NCBI GenBank assembly: GCA_050287845.1
Contig: JBNKCR010000013.1
Coordinates: 32,001 to 96,000 of the forward strand
DNA: 64,000 nucleotides
Origin: Polyangia bacterium
GTDB taxonomy: Bacteria; Myxococcota_A; Polyangia; JAAYKL01
Direction of reading: 5' to 3'
The number at the start of each line of letters is the position of its first letter. Position 1 is the stretch's first letter. A program made the position numbers and the translations under genes. Below the pieces are notes generated by a model. It was not told the DNA's origin, did no database searches, and was given only the letters and a program-made list of their open reading frames with translations. Below, one piece after another: positions 21,804 to 30,645 of this stretch.

Positions 21804-23522
21804 TCAGAAGCGAAGGGCCAGGCCGGCCTGGACGTCAAGATTCACAGTCACATTTTCAGGGAAAGTAATATCAAAAATGGTTCCCACATGAACACCCACA
21901 TTTCGGACGAACCAGTAATTCATATCGAGCCCAAATTCTACACCGAGAAATCCTGCCTTCCGGAAACCACTGGTACTCAGCTTCGCATTCGAATCATCAA
22001 ACCAACCTTCCGGATCACTGCACCGTTCCACCGTTTCTCCCCCTTCAACCACTTCCTGATATTCCTTACAATCCTTGAACGGAATCCGTTGCATGATTTG
22101 CACCCAGCCCATACCGAACACGCCGAACATCTGAAATCCTTTTTCCGCGTTCGTTCCTGCGATACGATAACCGGCATTCACCAGAACAGATGGCACAATA
22201 GTGTCATAAAACCCCGGAAATAACGGTAAATCTCCACGAAAATTAATCCCGAGTTCAAACTTTTCAGTCAGTGAGACCATTGCGCCAATGCGAACATGCA
22301 GTTTGGACATTGCCACACCGGCTTTGTCCGTGGTTACGGCGGTTACACTTCTCATATTGGGAAAATCATCCTGTGTATATTTTTCCTTGGGAACAAATCC
22401 GACACCTGTTCCCCCCGCCAGATAAAACCGAATCTTTGTATCGGCCCCTTTTGTATTAATATACTCAGCATCATCTCCCCCCGCTTCCTCACAGACGCCG
22501 TCTACACAGGACATGCCGGAACAGCAGGGTTCTTCTTCAGAGCACAGGTCAGCGAACTTTTTGCAGTTGCGGTTATTGCAATCGGGGTTCCATGGCGGAC
22601 AATCCTCCTCACAAGCGGGCAATGGTGTCTCTCCGGGAACCCCCGGGGGCGCTGATGAAACAGATTCACCAATATCGATCGTAAAAGGTTGCGCTTCAGA
22701 TCCGGCAGTGGAAAGGAGCTGTCCGGAAGGGTCAGATACTGCGATATAGTACTCTATCGCGGTAGGATCGAGTGTGGTGAGTACGTCGCATTCAATGTAT
22801 GCCGACCATCCGTCACCCTTTCTTACCAGAGGCAACTGCTGAAAAATCCGTTCTCCCACGGTTCGATAAAAAGTCACCACACTGGCAACATCCAAATCAG
22901 CGTTTGTCGTGACATAAAAAGGTATGGGAACCAATCGTTTTTGCTGGGTAACCGTTCTATGTCGAAGCACATCATTCACCACTTCGAACGACTCGCCATT
23001 TGAACTCGAGCCATTATAATCCGGTTCGGCTGTACCCGCAGAAGGTGACGATGCTGATGAGGTCAGCAAATCGTCCACTGTCGGTTCGGCGCCACCGACT
23101 GGCGGTCCAATGCCTTCACATCCCTGTGAGTTGATCTGAGCCTGTGCACCATTGAAAATATCGGCCATATCCGGCGACGAGTTCAACGGGTCCAGCATTA
23201 CCGCAGAATCCTGACATAACGCCTTTTTAAAATACTCCATCGCTCTGGCGCTATCCCCATTGCCGCCCATCTCCACGACACCCCGATTCACGAATGTACG
23301 TGCCAGCTGTGGGCCAGTGATATTGCTGTCCATGCAAAGCTGTTCCGCGTCTTCAAGAAGAGAAATCGCAGTGCCGATTTCGAGATTGGCATACGCATCC
23401 ATCGCATCTTTATTTTTCTGGAGGACATCGGAATTCGCCTGTGCAGCAACATGCCTGGAAAACAATATAGTTAAACAGGCCACCACGGAAACCAAAACAA
23501 AACTCAACTGCGGTCTACTCAT
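21804..23522 (-). CDS. Secreted TPR-like + Cys-rich + probable beta-barrel protein (paralogue 1)
   Basis: Signal peptide, AMDAYANLE...ARTFVNRGVV...AMEYFKKAL, CPPWNPDC, C-terminal GLALRF beta-signal. Confidence 0.7.
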   Translation of the reverse strand: MSRPQLSFVLVSVVACLTILFSRHVAAQANSDVLQKNKDAMDAYANLEIGTAISLLEDAEQLCMDSNITGPQLARTFVNRGVVEMGGNGDSARAMEYFKKALCQDSAVMLDPLNSSPDMADIFNGAQAQINSQGCEGIGPPVGGAEPTVDDLLTSSASSPSAGTAEPDYNGSSSNGESFEVVNDVLRHRTVTQQKRLVPIPFYVTTNADLDVASVVTFYRTVGERIFQQLPLVRKGDGWSAYIECDVLTTLDPTAIEYYIAVSDPSGQLLSTAGSEAQPFTIDIGESVSSAPPGVPGETPLPACEEDCPPWNPDCNNRNCKKFADLCSEEEPCCSGMSCVDGVCEEAGGDDAEYINTKGADTKIRFYLAGGTGVGFVPKEKYTQDDFPNMRSVTAVTTDKAGVAMSKLHVRIGAMVSLTEKFELGINFRGDLPLFPGFYDTIVPSVLVNAGYRIAGTNAEKGFQMFGVFGMGWVQIMQRIPFKDCKEYQEVVEGGETVERCSDPEGWFDDSNAKLSTSGFRKAGFLGVEFGLDMNYWFVRNVGVHVGTIFDITFPENVTVNLDVQAGLALRF

Positions 23523-23544
23523 AATCTACCCAATTTCCTGTAAT

Positions 23545-24636
23545 TTACTTTTGGGAATCTGTCCTTACAAATTCCACACGTCTATTCGCTGCCCGTCCCA
23601 CCTCAGTCATATTGCTGTCAATGGGTTTTGCTTCTCCCCAACCAACAGAAGTGAGGCGGTGCCGTTCCACCCCGCCATTAATAATGAGGTGTTCTGCCAC
23701 AGCCCTGGCTCGCTTCGTGCTAAGCGTCAAATTATATGCATCTTTGCCCTTGTTATCTGTATGGCCTTCAATACTCAGAGTAATTTCGGGATTCTCCCGC
23801 AAAACCATAGCAACCATGGCAAGAATGGCATATGACTTTTTCATTATCTTTGCTTTGTTGTACGCGAAATAGATTTTCTGATTAATTTCAATCTGCGAAC
23901 TTGTAATTTTCACCCCTTCATATTTTTTGGGACATCCGTTTTCTTCAGGCACACCAGCTGTATTGGGGCAGTTATCCTCTATATCAAAAATAGTGTCTGC
24001 GTCATTGTCATTATCCGGGCATCCATCGTGATCTTCAAATCCATCCGGATCTTCCGCATCAATGGGACACTCGTCACTGGCATCCGCTACACCATCGAGA
24101 TCGTTATCATTATCCGGGCATCCATCCTCGTCCTCAAACCCATCCATATCCTCTTTGTCAACAATACATTGATCAATGGAATCAAGGATGCCATCCATAT
24201 CGGTATCCTGATCTTCCGGACATCCATCTTCGTCTTCGATGCCGTCAAAATCTTCACTCTGATGAGGGCATTTATCCTGTTCAGCACAGATGAAGTCCCC
24301 GTCATCATCCGAGCACTGTGGACTGGGTACGCCATCTTTTCCGCATTGCTCAACCGGAGATTTTTTATCCGCAAGATCCAGATTCGTCATCGCGATGGTA
24401 TAATGCTCCTTCGCCCGTTTCCCCTGTCCCTGCTCAATTTCAAGTAATGCAAACTCCAGATGCGCTCTGGCAACGGCAAATTCGCGGGGAGCACACTTTT
24501 TAGCGCCATTGGCTTCAACCTGCTGCAATCGCAACTGACCATCCGCAATACCGTTTCGCATGGTTTGAGTCGATGCGCATCCATTCCCCAGAAGAAGAAG
24601 AAATACCGAAAACATGACCAATATTCGAACTTTCAT
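23545..24636 (-). CDS. OmpA_C peptidoglycan-binding lipoprotein with DUF4398-like domain and TSP3-type Asp-rich repeats
   Basis: Lipobox GNGC, repeated D.D.DG..D..D.CP...ED.DG.ED.DGCP, IEGHTD...YN..LS..RA..V...GWGE.KPI..N....GRAANRRVEF. Confidence 0.9.
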   Translation of the reverse strand: MKVRILVMFSVFLLLLGNGCASTQTMRNGIADGQLRLQQVEANGAKKCAPREFAVARAHLEFALLEIEQGQGKRAKEHYTIAMTNLDLADKKSPVEQCGKDGVPSPQCSDDDGDFICAEQDKCPHQSEDFDGIEDEDGCPEDQDTDMDGILDSIDQCIVDKEDMDGFEDEDGCPDNDNDLDGVADASDECPIDAEDPDGFEDHDGCPDNDNDADTIFDIEDNCPNTAGVPEENGCPKKYEGVKITSSQIEINQKIYFAYNKAKIMKKSYAILAMVAMVLRENPEITLSIEGHTDNKGKDAYNLTLSTKRARAVAEHLIINGGVERHRLTSVGWGEAKPIDSNMTEVGRAANRRVEFVRTDSQK

Positions 24637-25064
24637 TGGCCGCCCTCCCTGCCTGCCAGAAGAGACAGTTCCCGGGCGCGCCGCGCATACTCACGGGCTT
24701 GACGTGCGTACTCAAGCGCTGCCTGATAGTCGGAATATCCAACTTCCTCCCGCGCCTTTGCGAGATATTCTATCGCCGAATAATACTCAAACGGCGCTCC
24801 GCAACCGATTGATTCAGCGGATGAGGCATCTGCCGGATCCGTTGACGCGACCTCTGTCCCGGACTGCAGCGCGTTATACCTGGTAACGGGGCTCCGCTCC
24901 GCCAATTGTTGTTCGGTGCAGGAAGCACCTGCTTCCTCCGCCTTATCGATTGCGTCTGAGGCATTGACAATTACAACGGAATATTCAACCGGGGCACAAC
25001 CAAAAGACGCTATAGAAACAGCGACAAAGAAGATCACTGAAGAAAGTGAAAAGCGATGATGCAC
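24633..25064 (-). CDS. Small lipoprotein (DUF4398-like)
   Basis: Lipobox SFGC, APFEYYSA.EYL.KAREE.GYSDYQAA; ATGA overlap with the OmpA gene. Confidence 0.7.
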   Translation of the reverse strand: MHHRFSLSSVIFFVAVSIASFGCAPVEYSVVIVNASDAIDKAEEAGASCTEQQLAERSPVTRYNALQSGTEVASTDPADASSAESIGCGAPFEYYSAIEYLAKAREEVGYSDYQAALEYARQAREYARRARELSLLAGREGGQ

Positions 25065-25246
25065 AGTATATCCTCCAAAATCAGTGAATTTAGACTTGCG
25101 ACCAAACTTTATCTAAGCAGACATCATGCTCGGCTCCAAATCTATAAGTATCCAAAATAATATCCGAAAGTCAACTTATGATTTTCGTTATTCTTTCATT
25201 ATTCAATGAGGAAAAGAGAGCAAATCAAAGGGGTAAGCCAGACGAA

Positions 25247-25531
25247 TCACAACGAAAGTTGCCAGTTGTTACGTCCCACATTCTGCGTTCGTCGAACAAT
25301 ACGTGCAATACTGGAAATGGACGTGAACTGCTGCGCCACTTCTTCTGTAAACGCCATTTTAAAAACACTTTCCAGAATAGTCATCACTTCCAACTTATCA
25401 AGAGAATCCAAGCCAAGATGCTGCAACCCATCCACATCGGGGGCGATTTTTTTTCCGGAAACCGACAGAATTACCTCACGAATCTTTTTTTCCACTTCCT
25501 CGGTCTGAATGATTTTATCAGTGTCGTTCAT
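25247..25531 (-). CDS. Acyl carrier protein-like
   Basis: LGLDSLDKLEVMTILESVF phosphopantetheine motif; ATG 25531 lies within the end of mazG; 94 aa. Confidence 0.8.
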   Translation of the reverse strand: MNDTDKIIQTEEVEKKIREVILSVSGKKIAPDVDGLQHLGLDSLDKLEVMTILESVFKMAFTEEVAQQFTSISSIARIVRRTQNVGRNNWQLSL

Positions 25532-26321
25532 TTTTCTTGGCCTGTTCCCAATAGTGATCCAGATCTTCCAGCGCCATATCGGATAGTCTTTGTCCTGCAT
25601 CGTCTGCATTCTTTTCAACAAATGCAAATCTGTTTTTAAACCGAGTGCAACATTGTCGCAATGATTCTTCAGGATCGACACCGAGATGCCTCGCCCATTG
25701 TGCCACCGCAAACAACAGATCCCCCATTTCGTGCTCGATTTTCGCAGAATCCCCCTCAGCCACCGCCTCATCAAGCTCATTCAGCTCCTCGTCCACTTTC
25801 CCGCGAACGCCACTGATATCCGGCCAGTCAAATCCAACGCGAGAAACCTTTTGCCCCATTCGGTACGCCTTGAGCAGTCCCGGTAAGGCACTGGGGACGC
25901 CGTCGAGCGCCCCCCTGTCGCTTTTTTCCTTTGCCTTGATTTTTTCCCAGTTTCGAATCACGTCATCCGCTCCATCAACGCTGGTGTCAGAAAAAACATG
26001 CGGATGACGACGAATCATTTTCCTGGAAAGCCCTTCAATCACATCACCAATATGAAATTGATCGTATTCAAATGCTATCTGGGCGTGCAGCATTATTTGC
26101 AACAGCACGTCCCCCAACTCTTCCCGGACATGGGCAGCGTCGCCTGAATCTATGGCATCCAGCGCTTCGTAGGTTTCTTCTACAAGATATGGCTTCAACG
26201 TTACAGATGTCTGTTTCCGATCCCACGGACACCCGTCTGGTGAACGAAGTTTGTCAATAATATCAATCAGTTCATCCATCGCCGCCAGCGAATTCTCTTT
26301 TCGTTTCATTTTTTCATTCAT
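25518..26321 (-). CDS. mazG: Nucleoside triphosphate pyrophosphohydrolase MazG
   Basis: LRSPDGCPWDRKQT, EETYE, EELGDVLLQ, KMIRRHPHVF, GFDW, EMGDLLF; start uncertain (ORF track 26387). Confidence 0.95.
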   Translation of the reverse strand: MNEKMKRKENSLAAMDELIDIIDKLRSPDGCPWDRKQTSVTLKPYLVEETYEALDAIDSGDAAHVREELGDVLLQIMLHAQIAFEYDQFHIGDVIEGLSRKMIRRHPHVFSDTSVDGADDVIRNWEKIKAKEKSDRGALDGVPSALPGLLKAYRMGQKVSRVGFDWPDISGVRGKVDEELNELDEAVAEGDSAKIEHEMGDLLFAVAQWARHLGVDPEESLRQCCTRFKNRFAFVEKNADDAGQRLSDMALEDLDHYWEQAKKNERH

Positions 26322-26415
26322 GGCGGTGTTTCCGATATCATTTTCCACAAGTGCATGCAAGCACAACCCGGCCTCTTTCCGGAGCAAAAACTGCCAGAAT
26401 GCGATTCACTCAATT

Positions 26416-27198
26416 CTATTGTTCCAAATCAATCTGCTCTGGACGGAACATGAATACATGTTGTGGATTGGTACACAGCAGCGTCTTTATCCGGCACTCA
26501 TCAACGCGATTCAACGCAGCCAATGCATCAGCCACGTACTCGAAATCGCCAATCCGGTGCACATCTGTCGCCAGTATATCCGCTGTACCATCGGACACAA
26601 ATTGCCATGCCAGCTGTTCAGCCCGCTGGCCATACTTTCCCACGAGGGAGCCCAGATTGATTTGCATCAGCATCCCCCGCTCTTTCAATGTCGCCAGCTG
26701 AGCGCCCCCGGACTGCACATCCCCATACCGTTCCGGATGTGCCAGAATCAGCGTCTTTCCTGAAACGCGCGCTTCAAAAACAAACCGTTCAAGTGCGGGT
26801 GTGAACACTCCGGGACGATTTTCGAACTCCACGAGATAGCTGTCGCCAATCCCGCGAAAACGTCCTGCAGCAAATTTTTCCGAGTACGCATCGCGGCACA
26901 TGATTTCCGCGCCAATCTTTATCTGCACCTGCGTTTCCGCCATGGCAGACGCCAGTTGTTTCAGTCTTTCTTTTACCAGTTTATCGTCTGGTGATTCAAA
27001 TAGCCAGTGATTCGTATGGGGAGTTGCCACCACTCCTCTGTACCCCAGACTTGCGTATCGCTGCAGGAAAGACAGGGTATCATCGATGCTTCCGGCGCCA
27101 TCGTCCAGCGCCCAAAGAATATGACTATGGATGTCATACAAAGGAAATTGCGGTTTTGAAACGACAGACTTGCGCGATTTAAAAAGAGACCAGATCAT
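26416..27198 (-). CDS. PHP-family protein tyrosine phosphatase (CpsB/CapC/YwqE-like)
   Basis: DIHSHIL..LDDGA, VATPH, LVEF, LAHPERY, LATDVH. Confidence 0.88.
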   Translation of the reverse strand: MIWSLFKSRKSVVSKPQFPLYDIHSHILWALDDGAGSIDDTLSFLQRYASLGYRGVVATPHTNHWLFESPDDKLVKERLKQLASAMAETQVQIKIGAEIMCRDAYSEKFAAGRFRGIGDSYLVEFENRPGVFTPALERFVFEARVSGKTLILAHPERYGDVQSGGAQLATLKERGMLMQINLGSLVGKYGQRAEQLAWQFVSDGTADILATDVHRIGDFEYVADALAALNRVDECRIKTLLCTNPQHVFMFRPEQIDLEQ

Positions 27199-27203
27199 TC
27201 AGT

Positions 27204-29075
27204 TTACAGTTTCTCCGTTGAGCCGACCGGCGCATCGAACAACCACCTGAAGTTATCCAGAATGACCTGGGAATCCAATCGCGCGTCCACCTCATCATGA
27301 ACAGAAAAAGTAAGGTAAATCCGGCTGTTGGGAGAAACCGGCCAGCTGGTCCGATACCATCCGGTCGAACCGCCCAGGATTTCGCTCTGCTCGGGGTCCC
27401 ATCCAAAACCGGTCCCCGCCAGGCTGGTTTCCTGAATGCTTTCAAAATAGTCGGAATTCACGCTGATTTCCTTCAGGGTCGACGTCCCGGAAAACGCCAT
27501 GTTGGTAGTGTCGCCCCCGTTCAACTCCTCCGCACGGATAATGGCATAAAACGCATCCTGATACGTCGCGTCCAGAGACTCCGGAAATTCAGTTGTCATG
27601 AAAATAAAATCAAAAGACAACCCTTCAACATTGGCGGGTACCTTCAGCGCCACATACAACTGAGTGGTGTCGAATACGGCTGCATCATCCGGAATGATTT
27701 CGTCTTCTCCGATATATATCGGCGCCGGGTCATCACTCGTGTCTCCCCAGGCGGTCCCTTCCTGGTGCGATCCGCTCTGAACTTCGCCAGTGGAAATAAT
27801 TGAATATCTGCACCCGGCTCGAACCCCCAAATCATTCGATACATCCCCGTAATGCGTGACAACATCCAGCGCGCCGATGTCCAGAGGATTCTCTCCGGTC
27901 GCATGCCAGCTGCCCGGACTGAAATAGAACCGATCGTCGCAGATGTCCATCGCAGCCAGCCAGTCCGCGTCGACGCCGCAATCACAGGGCGGGCTGGGCT
28001 CATCTATCTCGCCATCGCAATCGTCGTCAACCTCGTTCACCGCCACCTCCATCGACATAGGACCTGTTTGCGCATCGCAATCATTGCAATCGCCGTTCGA
28101 TTCCGAATATCCGTCACCGTCATCGTCGTTCAGAAGGCTGCCACAACGGACCACAGAATCGGTATCACCGGTATCAGATCCGGTATCCGTTTCGGTATCC
28201 GTACTTATATCCGTTTCGGTATCTGTTTCGGTGTCCGGTGGCATAGCCCCTTCGCAGCATCGCTGATCCCCGGCCCCGGGGCACACACCGTCCATCACCG
28301 TGCCCCCCCATGAAACGCAGTGCGGCAGGCACTCATATTCACATGCGTTGCCGGTTCCCGTATCGTTGTCTGAATCCGTGTCGGTTTCCGTTTCGGTCCC
28401 CACCTCCGTCTCGGTTCCGGTGCCCGTATCCATGTCGGTTTCCGTTTCGGTATCCGGTGGCATGGCTTCGGCACAACACCATAGCCCCTCGGGACAGACA
28501 CCTTCCATCAGAAAACCGCCCCATGTTATACAGTGCGCCAGACACTCGTACTCACATCCGGTATCGGTATCGATTTCCGAGTCCCAATCCGATGGTATAT
28601 CCGCCCCATCACAACATCGTTGATCTCCGGGACAACCACCTTCCAGCATTCTCCCCCCCCACGAAATGCAATGGGGAAGGCAGTCATACTCACATTCGGT
28701 ATCGGTATTTGTGTCCGAATCTGTGTCCGAATCGGTGTCCGTATCGGTATCCGTATCGGTATCCGTATCGGTGTCCGTATCTGTGTCCGTATCGGTGTCC
28801 GTATCGGTGTCCGTATCGGTGTCCGTATCGGTGTCCGTACCGGTGTCCGTACCCGTATCGACATCGCTGTCAGAGTCCAGAAAACCTTCAACACATTCTC
28901 TGTCAACACATCTGAAACCAAACTGACAGTGTTCATCGGAATCGCATTCGGGCATCAGTCCTGTCCGATGCCCGCACCCGACGCACAGGAGAATTCCCCC
29001 CAATAATAAAAGGAACCGCAGATTCAACCCCAATTTATAATGGTCAGCCAGTACAGATATCGAACGAAATTGCAT
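27204..29075 (-). CDS. Cys-rich DT-repeat surface lipoprotein with metal-binding motif and choice-of-anchor-L-like C-domain
   Basis: Lipobox CVGC, three CEY.CL.HC..WGG....G.CP...CC modules, DT/ET linkers, DDDGDGY...DCND...DDDCDG.IDE, SFDFIFMTTEFPE...DAF; ATG 29075 after GGGGAG. Confidence 0.7.
   Translation of the reverse strand: MQFRSISVLADHYKLGLNLRFLLLLGGILLCVGCGHRTGLMPECDSDEHCQFGFRCVDRECVEGFLDSDSDVDTGTDTGTDTDTDTDTDTDTDTDTDTDTDTDTDTDTDTDTDTDSDTDSDTNTDTECEYDCLPHCISWGGRMLEGGCPGDQRCCDGADIPSDWDSEIDTDTGCEYECLAHCITWGGFLMEGVCPEGLWCCAEAMPPDTETETDMDTGTGTETEVGTETETDTDSDNDTGTGNACEYECLPHCVSWGGTVMDGVCPGAGDQRCCEGAMPPDTETDTETDISTDTETDTGSDTGDTDSVVRCGSLLNDDDGDGYSESNGDCNDCDAQTGPMSMEVAVNEVDDDCDGEIDEPSPPCDCGVDADWLAAMDICDDRFYFSPGSWHATGENPLDIGALDVVTHYGDVSNDLGVRAGCRYSIISTGEVQSGSHQEGTAWGDTSDDPAPIYIGEDEIIPDDAAVFDTTQLYVALKVPANVEGLSFDFIFMTTEFPESLDATYQDAFYAIIRAEELNGGDTTNMAFSGTSTLKEISVNSDYFESIQETSLAGTGFGWDPEQSEILGGSTGWYRTSWPVSPNSRIYLTFSVHDEVDARLDSQVILDNFRWLFDAPVGSTEKL
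28698..28860. repeat. Intragenic tandem repeat (12-bp unit GTATCGGTGTCC) encoding poly-DT
   Basis: Directly visible near-perfect tandem array. Confidence 0.95.
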
Positions 29076-29185
29076 ATTTCTCCCCGATACAGTCCAGATC
29101 CCTTCCAGCCGAAGTGGATCCGCCACGCGTTTTAACCAACCGAACCTCCTGCATTCCCAATTTTTACCATCAACATGAAAAAAAC

Positions 29186-29211
29186 TCGGTCCAGTTATTC
29201 GGTCCAGTTAT
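29186..29211. repeat. 13-bp perfect tandem direct repeat TCGGTCCAGTTAT x2
   Basis: Intergenic, upstream of the DT-repeat lipoprotein. Confidence 0.85.
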
Positions 29212-29265
29212 ACTGAAACTTCTGCTATCGTAAACTATACCAGAAAACTTTCGAAATCTGGAAAT

Positions 29266-30525
29266 TCAAAAGAATTTCTTTCTCGCCAGTGAAAGCAGGA
29301 CATCCGCTGTATTGTCCTCCGGATGCTCCAGCACAGAATCAAGAAGCATCGCCAGAATTTCGCCGATTCTCGGACCAGGTGAAATCCCGAGTTCAGAGAT
29401 CAGGTCGGCCCCTGAAACCGCAAGTTCTCCGATAGTCAATGGCCATAACGACCAGTCTACGGTCGACAATCGCTCTCTGAGCCAGTTGCCGCTGTGGCCG
29501 GCATGGGTGTTCTGCGCCGGATATGCATCGAGAAGCACCAGCAAATCAGGCACTGCGTCTTTCCCCACTTCCGAGATATATCTCCTTAGAGTACCGTCAC
29601 TGCAACTTTTTCCAGGAGAAACCGAAAAAAACTGAAGCAGATGCAGCACTTGCTTCCTCGTCCGCCGGTCTATCAGAAAACGCTCCAGCCAATTGGTCAC
29701 CTTCCGGGCGTCAATGCCAGTCCAGAATGCAACCAGTCGCAAATGCAAATGCGCAGGCACACTGTCCACAAAGGCAAGCGTCTGGTCCCAATCGCTGTCT
29801 GGTCTGCATTCATCCGCGGTGGGACAGACATATTTGAATACATCGTTCTGCAGCAACAGGCGAAGCCCTCTGGACGGGCGATTCGCCTGCATCAATTTGA
29901 GAAATTCATCCCGTTTCCGTTCGACTGAAACATTTTCGAGACGGTGGGCCGTGCGGGGGATGGCATCCGCTGTGCTCGGTTCAATCTCAAATTCCAATGT
30001 CGCGGCAAATCTGGCAGCGCGCATGATGCGAAGACCATCTTCATTAAATCGGGTTTCGGCGTTTCCAACTGCTACAAGCCGACGTTTCCGCAGATCGCGC
30101 TCGCCGTCGAACGGATCAAATATTTCCCGGGTCAGCGGGTTCCAGGCGATGGCATTTACGGTGAAATCCCGACGGGACAAATCTTCTTCAATACCCGTTA
30201 CAAACTTTACTGAATCCGGATGACGCCCGTCGCTATATCCCTTTTCAGAGCGCAGGGTGGTCACCTCAAATCCTTCCCTATCCATCAGAACGGTTACTGT
30301 ACCGTGTTCGATGCCCGTGGGGATCACCCGATGAAACATTCGCAGCATCTTGTCCGGCGTGGCCGTGGTTGCAAGGTCCCAGTCATCCGGAACATTTTCC
30401 AGAAGCAGGTCGCGAAGTGAACCACCAACCAGATACCCGTCTTCACCATGTTCCGACAGAATCCTGCAAATTTTCGTCACCTGTTCAGGAACTTGAAACT
30501 CAACAAACTTGCCTGACCTCTCCAA
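29266..30525 (-). CDS. cca: tRNA nucleotidyltransferase (CCA-adding, class II)
   Basis: VGGSLRD...DWDLAT, EVTTLR, YSDGRHP loop, EDLSRRDFTVNA, RFNEDGLRIMRAARF. Confidence 0.88.
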   Translation of the reverse strand: MERSGKFVEFQVPEQVTKICRILSEHGEDGYLVGGSLRDLLLENVPDDWDLATTATPDKMLRMFHRVIPTGIEHGTVTVLMDREGFEVTTLRSEKGYSDGRHPDSVKFVTGIEEDLSRRDFTVNAIAWNPLTREIFDPFDGERDLRKRRLVAVGNAETRFNEDGLRIMRAARFAATLEFEIEPSTADAIPRTAHRLENVSVERKRDEFLKLMQANRPSRGLRLLLQNDVFKYVCPTADECRPDSDWDQTLAFVDSVPAHLHLRLVAFWTGIDARKVTNWLERFLIDRRTRKQVLHLLQFFSVSPGKSCSDGTLRRYISEVGKDAVPDLLVLLDAYPAQNTHAGHSGNWLRERLSTVDWSLWPLTIGELAVSGADLISELGISPGPRIGEILAMLLDSVLEHPEDNTADVLLSLARKKFF

Positions 30526-30645
30526 TGTAAAACTCCTGAATGTGCAATCTGATTATTCTTGCTGATAATTTTTGCAATTCCCCCATAAATGTTAAACTTG
30601 CATACTATGTCTATCCGAAATACAAAATGAATATCATAGATAAAA

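Noticed and set aside
23545..24636. TraB orthologue
   Set aside because: Has TSP3-type repeats and OmpA_C but no N-terminal beta-barrel and no adjacent traA
28698..28860. Repeat array as CRISPR; VS/IR-repeat ORFs in other frames
   Set aside because: No spacers; it is an in-frame DT coding repeat
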